DNA of 17,572 nucleotides from an uncultured bacterium (GTDB lineage Bacteria; Acidobacteriota; Thermoanaerobaculia; Multivoradales; JAHZIX01): NCBI GenBank assembly GCA_965368975.1, contig CBDUPA010000045.1, positions 1 to 17,572 of the forward strand, read 5' to 3'. Shown piece by piece: positions 15,411 to 17,572 of this stretch (position 1 is its first letter; each line of letters starts with the position of its first letter). The notes under the pieces were generated by a model. It saw only the letters and a program-made list of their open reading frames with translations, ran no database searches and was not told where the DNA came from. The position numbers and the translations under genes were made by a program.

Positions 15411-17572
15411 CTACAGGAAGGGCAGGAAGATGCGGACAAGCTCCTTCTGAATTGCCGGCTGTCCTCGGTAGACCTTCAGTGCGACGTCCAAGACTTGTCT
15501 TGCAGTAGGGGATACGACATGCCCTACCTGATTTCGATACGGGAAAGCCGTACGCCATGCCTGTGTCCAGGGAGCATGTACAGTCTTATCAACAGCGATC
15601 GAAGGAATATCCTTCTCGCTTCTGAATATCTTCCTTAGATGTGGATTATTGCGCAGTAGTCGCTTCTCGATGAGGTGATGGACATCAGCATTCCGAGGTC
15701 TGGGCCGTCGGAAGTATCTGAATGGCCGAATGTCAAACTTCCGGAGTTTGGTGGTCACCGATCTCAAGACTCTCACGTGAGCTACGATGGCGCGACCTCT
15801 GAGCTGAGCGTTTATCCTGGCTGTACTAGTGAGGCCAACCACCGAGTACTCAGACAAGCCAGTCGGATCAAGGCACCCAGTCGGACTCGAACTGCAGTAG
15901 GTATATCGATGTAGCGTCGAAGGAATCCAGAAGAGCCCCTCGAACGGGTCCACTCCCACAAACCGCCCCACCCCAGGATCCATCCACCGAGCGCGGTGAT
16001 ATGCGAGTCCGGTATGCGGATCGCGCGGCTCTCCCGCGAAGAGATAGCGATTCGGATCGCTTCCGACATGCTCCAGCAGTTCGCCAAAGGCTGAGTACGT
16101 CCACCGATCGGTGACGGCTCCGGTCTCGTCCGTCAGCGCACGCACCGAACCGAGGCCGTCCGTGTGGACGTGGCGCACGCCATCAGGGCGAATCACGGAG
16201 AGCAGATCGTCCCCGCGCACGTAGTACGCGCTGAGCTGACCAGCACCGTCCGTCTCCGCTACGACATGACTGAGCGGCCCTGAAGTGTCGACCAGGTACT
16301 CGACGCTCTCGGTGGTTCCATCCGACAACGTGACGCTCGCCCGCTGCAGCACGCCGTCCGGATCGTAGCCGTAGGTGATCGAGGTGCCGTCCGCCAAACT
16401 GGCTGCGATCAGGCGGTCCTCGGGATCCCAGGTGAAGCTGACCTCACCGGCTTTCGCGGTCAGGTTACCGTTGGCGTCCCAGCTGAACGCCTGACCATCG
16501 ACTGTCAGCAGGCGGTCCCGCTCATCGAAGGTGGAGGCGACAGTTACGGGCTCAGCCTCTGCGGTAGTGGTAGTGCGGACGAGGCGATTGCCTACCGGGT
16601 CGTATTGGAAGGCGCCGTCAAGGACCGGGCTGCTGGTGTCCGTGACCGCTTCAGCCGTGAGCCTGTAGAGGTCGTCGTAGGCATAGGCACGTGACGTTCC
16701 GTCGTGCTCCTCGATGCGTGTCCTGTTGCCAGCGGGCCCCAGGGTGTAGGCGTAGGACTGGACTGCAGAGCCGTCCGTCGTCAGAGTTTCGAGCTGTTGC
16801 AAGCGATGGAGGTCGTCATAGGCGTAGGTAGTTGTAGTGCCGTTGTCCGGATCGAGGGAGACACGATTACCCACGGCGTCGTAGCCGAGCGAGGTCACGC
16901 GACCGTCCGGATCGGTGACGGTGCTCAGACGGCCCAACGCGTCGTGAGCGTAGCGCGTAGTGAGTGCCTGACCTCCAACATGGGCCGTGAGCGCGGTTCG
17001 CAGCCCGGCTGCATCGTACTCATAGCTCAGGCGACGTCCATCGGCGGATACCTGCTCGACGAGGCGATCACGAGCATCGTGGACGTAGCGGGTCGTGCCG
17101 GTCGCATCGGTGACGCTGGCACGGCGGTCCGTTGGCGTGTAGGTCGTATCGACCACGGCACCGCCGGGCAGAGTCTTGCGCACGAGCCTGCCGAGCGCGT
17201 CATGCTCATAGGTGGTCGTACGTCCGAGGAAATCGGTCGAGGCCACCAGATTGCCGACGGCATCGTAGGCCAGCGTTTCCCGCGCACCATCGGGCAGGAT
17301 GCGCGCGGTCTGGCGGCCCAGGGCGTCGTACTCGAAGCGGGTCACATGACCCTTGGCGTCGGTCTGGGAGATGCGGTCGTGCTGCTCGTTATAGGCGTAG
17401 GAGGTGACCTGGCCCAGAGCATCCGTGACCGAGGTCAAGCGCCCCACCGGATCGTAGGCGAAGCGCGTCACCTTGCCGGCGGGATCAGTCTCGCTGACTC
17501 GGCGGCCCAGAGCGTCATAGCCGACACTGCGCGAGGTCCCATCGGGAAAGACCGTGCGGACCAAGCGGCTGT
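15411..17572 (-). CDS. RHS/YD-repeat polymorphic toxin (5' truncated by the window) with a C-terminal HNH-like nuclease domain
   Basis: Many YDxxGRL repeats. RHS core end YLFAGEPRD...YHRARWMDPGVGRFVGVDP...PTGCLDPTGL. Basic, lower-GC tip with VHHLIEKR...IAVDKTVH...AWRTAFPY. The frame is open to the window edge. Confidence 0.95.
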   Translation of the reverse strand, partial: SRLVRTVFPDGTSRSVGYDALGRRVSETDPAGKVTRFAYDPVGRLTSVTDALGQVTSYAYNEQHDRISQTDAKGHVTRFEYDALGRQTARILPDGARETLAYDAVGNLVASTDFLGRTTTYEHDALGRLVRKTLPGGAVVDTTYTPTDRRASVTDATGTTRYVHDARDRLVEQVSADGRRLSYEYDAAGLRTALTAHVGGQALTTRYAHDALGRLSTVTDPDGRVTSLGYDAVGNRVSLDPDNGTTTTYAYDDLHRLQQLETLTTDGSAVQSYAYTLGPAGNRTRIEEHDGTSRAYAYDDLYRLTAEAVTDTSSPVLDGAFQYDPVGNRLVRTTTTAEAEPVTVASTFDERDRLLTVDGQAFSWDANGNLTAKAGEVSFTWDPEDRLIAASLADGTSITYGYDPDGVLQRASVTLSDGTTESVEYLVDTSGPLSHVVAETDGAGQLSAYYVRGDDLLSVIRPDGVRHVHTDGLGSVRALTDETGAVTDRWTYSAFGELLEHVGSDPNRYLFAGEPRDPHTGLAYHRARWMDPGVGRFVGVDPFEGLFWIPSTLHRYTYCSSSPTGCLDPTGLSEYSVVGLTSTARINAQLRGRAIVAHVRVLRSVTTKLRKFDIRPFRYFRRPRPRNADVHHLIEKRLLRNNPHLRKIFRSEKDIPSIAVDKTVHAPWTQAWRTAFPYRNQVGHVVSPTARQVLDVALKVYRGQPAIQKELVRIFLPFL

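Noticed and set aside
15407-15412. Alternative intron 5' ends at TA|GAGCG or T|AGAGCG (insertion in the toxin stop codon)
   Set aside because: Both give plausible junctions, but EBS1 and EBS2 pair with CGGAT and TGTAGA, which must then be exon sequence.
14831-15439. 651-aa RT call starting at 15439
   Set aside because: The start overlaps the toxin gene and the extension is ribozyme sequence; kept only as a low-interest open-frame observation.

Overview
GC-rich bacterial DNA with almost all genes on the minus strand. Right part: the 3' portion of an RHS/YD-repeat polymorphic toxin with a predicted HNH-like nuclease tip, its probable immunity gene, and a 2828-aa secreted multidomain surface protein (DUF11/CARDB/FG-GAP/PKD/lectin/LamG/Calx-beta). 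An intact group II intron with an RT/maturase ORF sits between toxin and immunity. It appears to be inserted exactly in the immunity start codon (AT|G), carries an unusual ~18-nt 5' extension, and rebuilds an RBS and ATG at its 3' end. Left part (1-3.7 kb) looks like a mobile-element module. It has a three-gene operon (hypothetical, SprT-like/RadC-JAB fusion, Arm-type tyrosine integrase) whose leader overlaps a predicted SymR-like cis-antisense RNA. Two small cargo genes follow, the second interrupted by the 3' end of another group II intron in antisense orientation. All family assignments are from motif recognition by eye; no searches were run.
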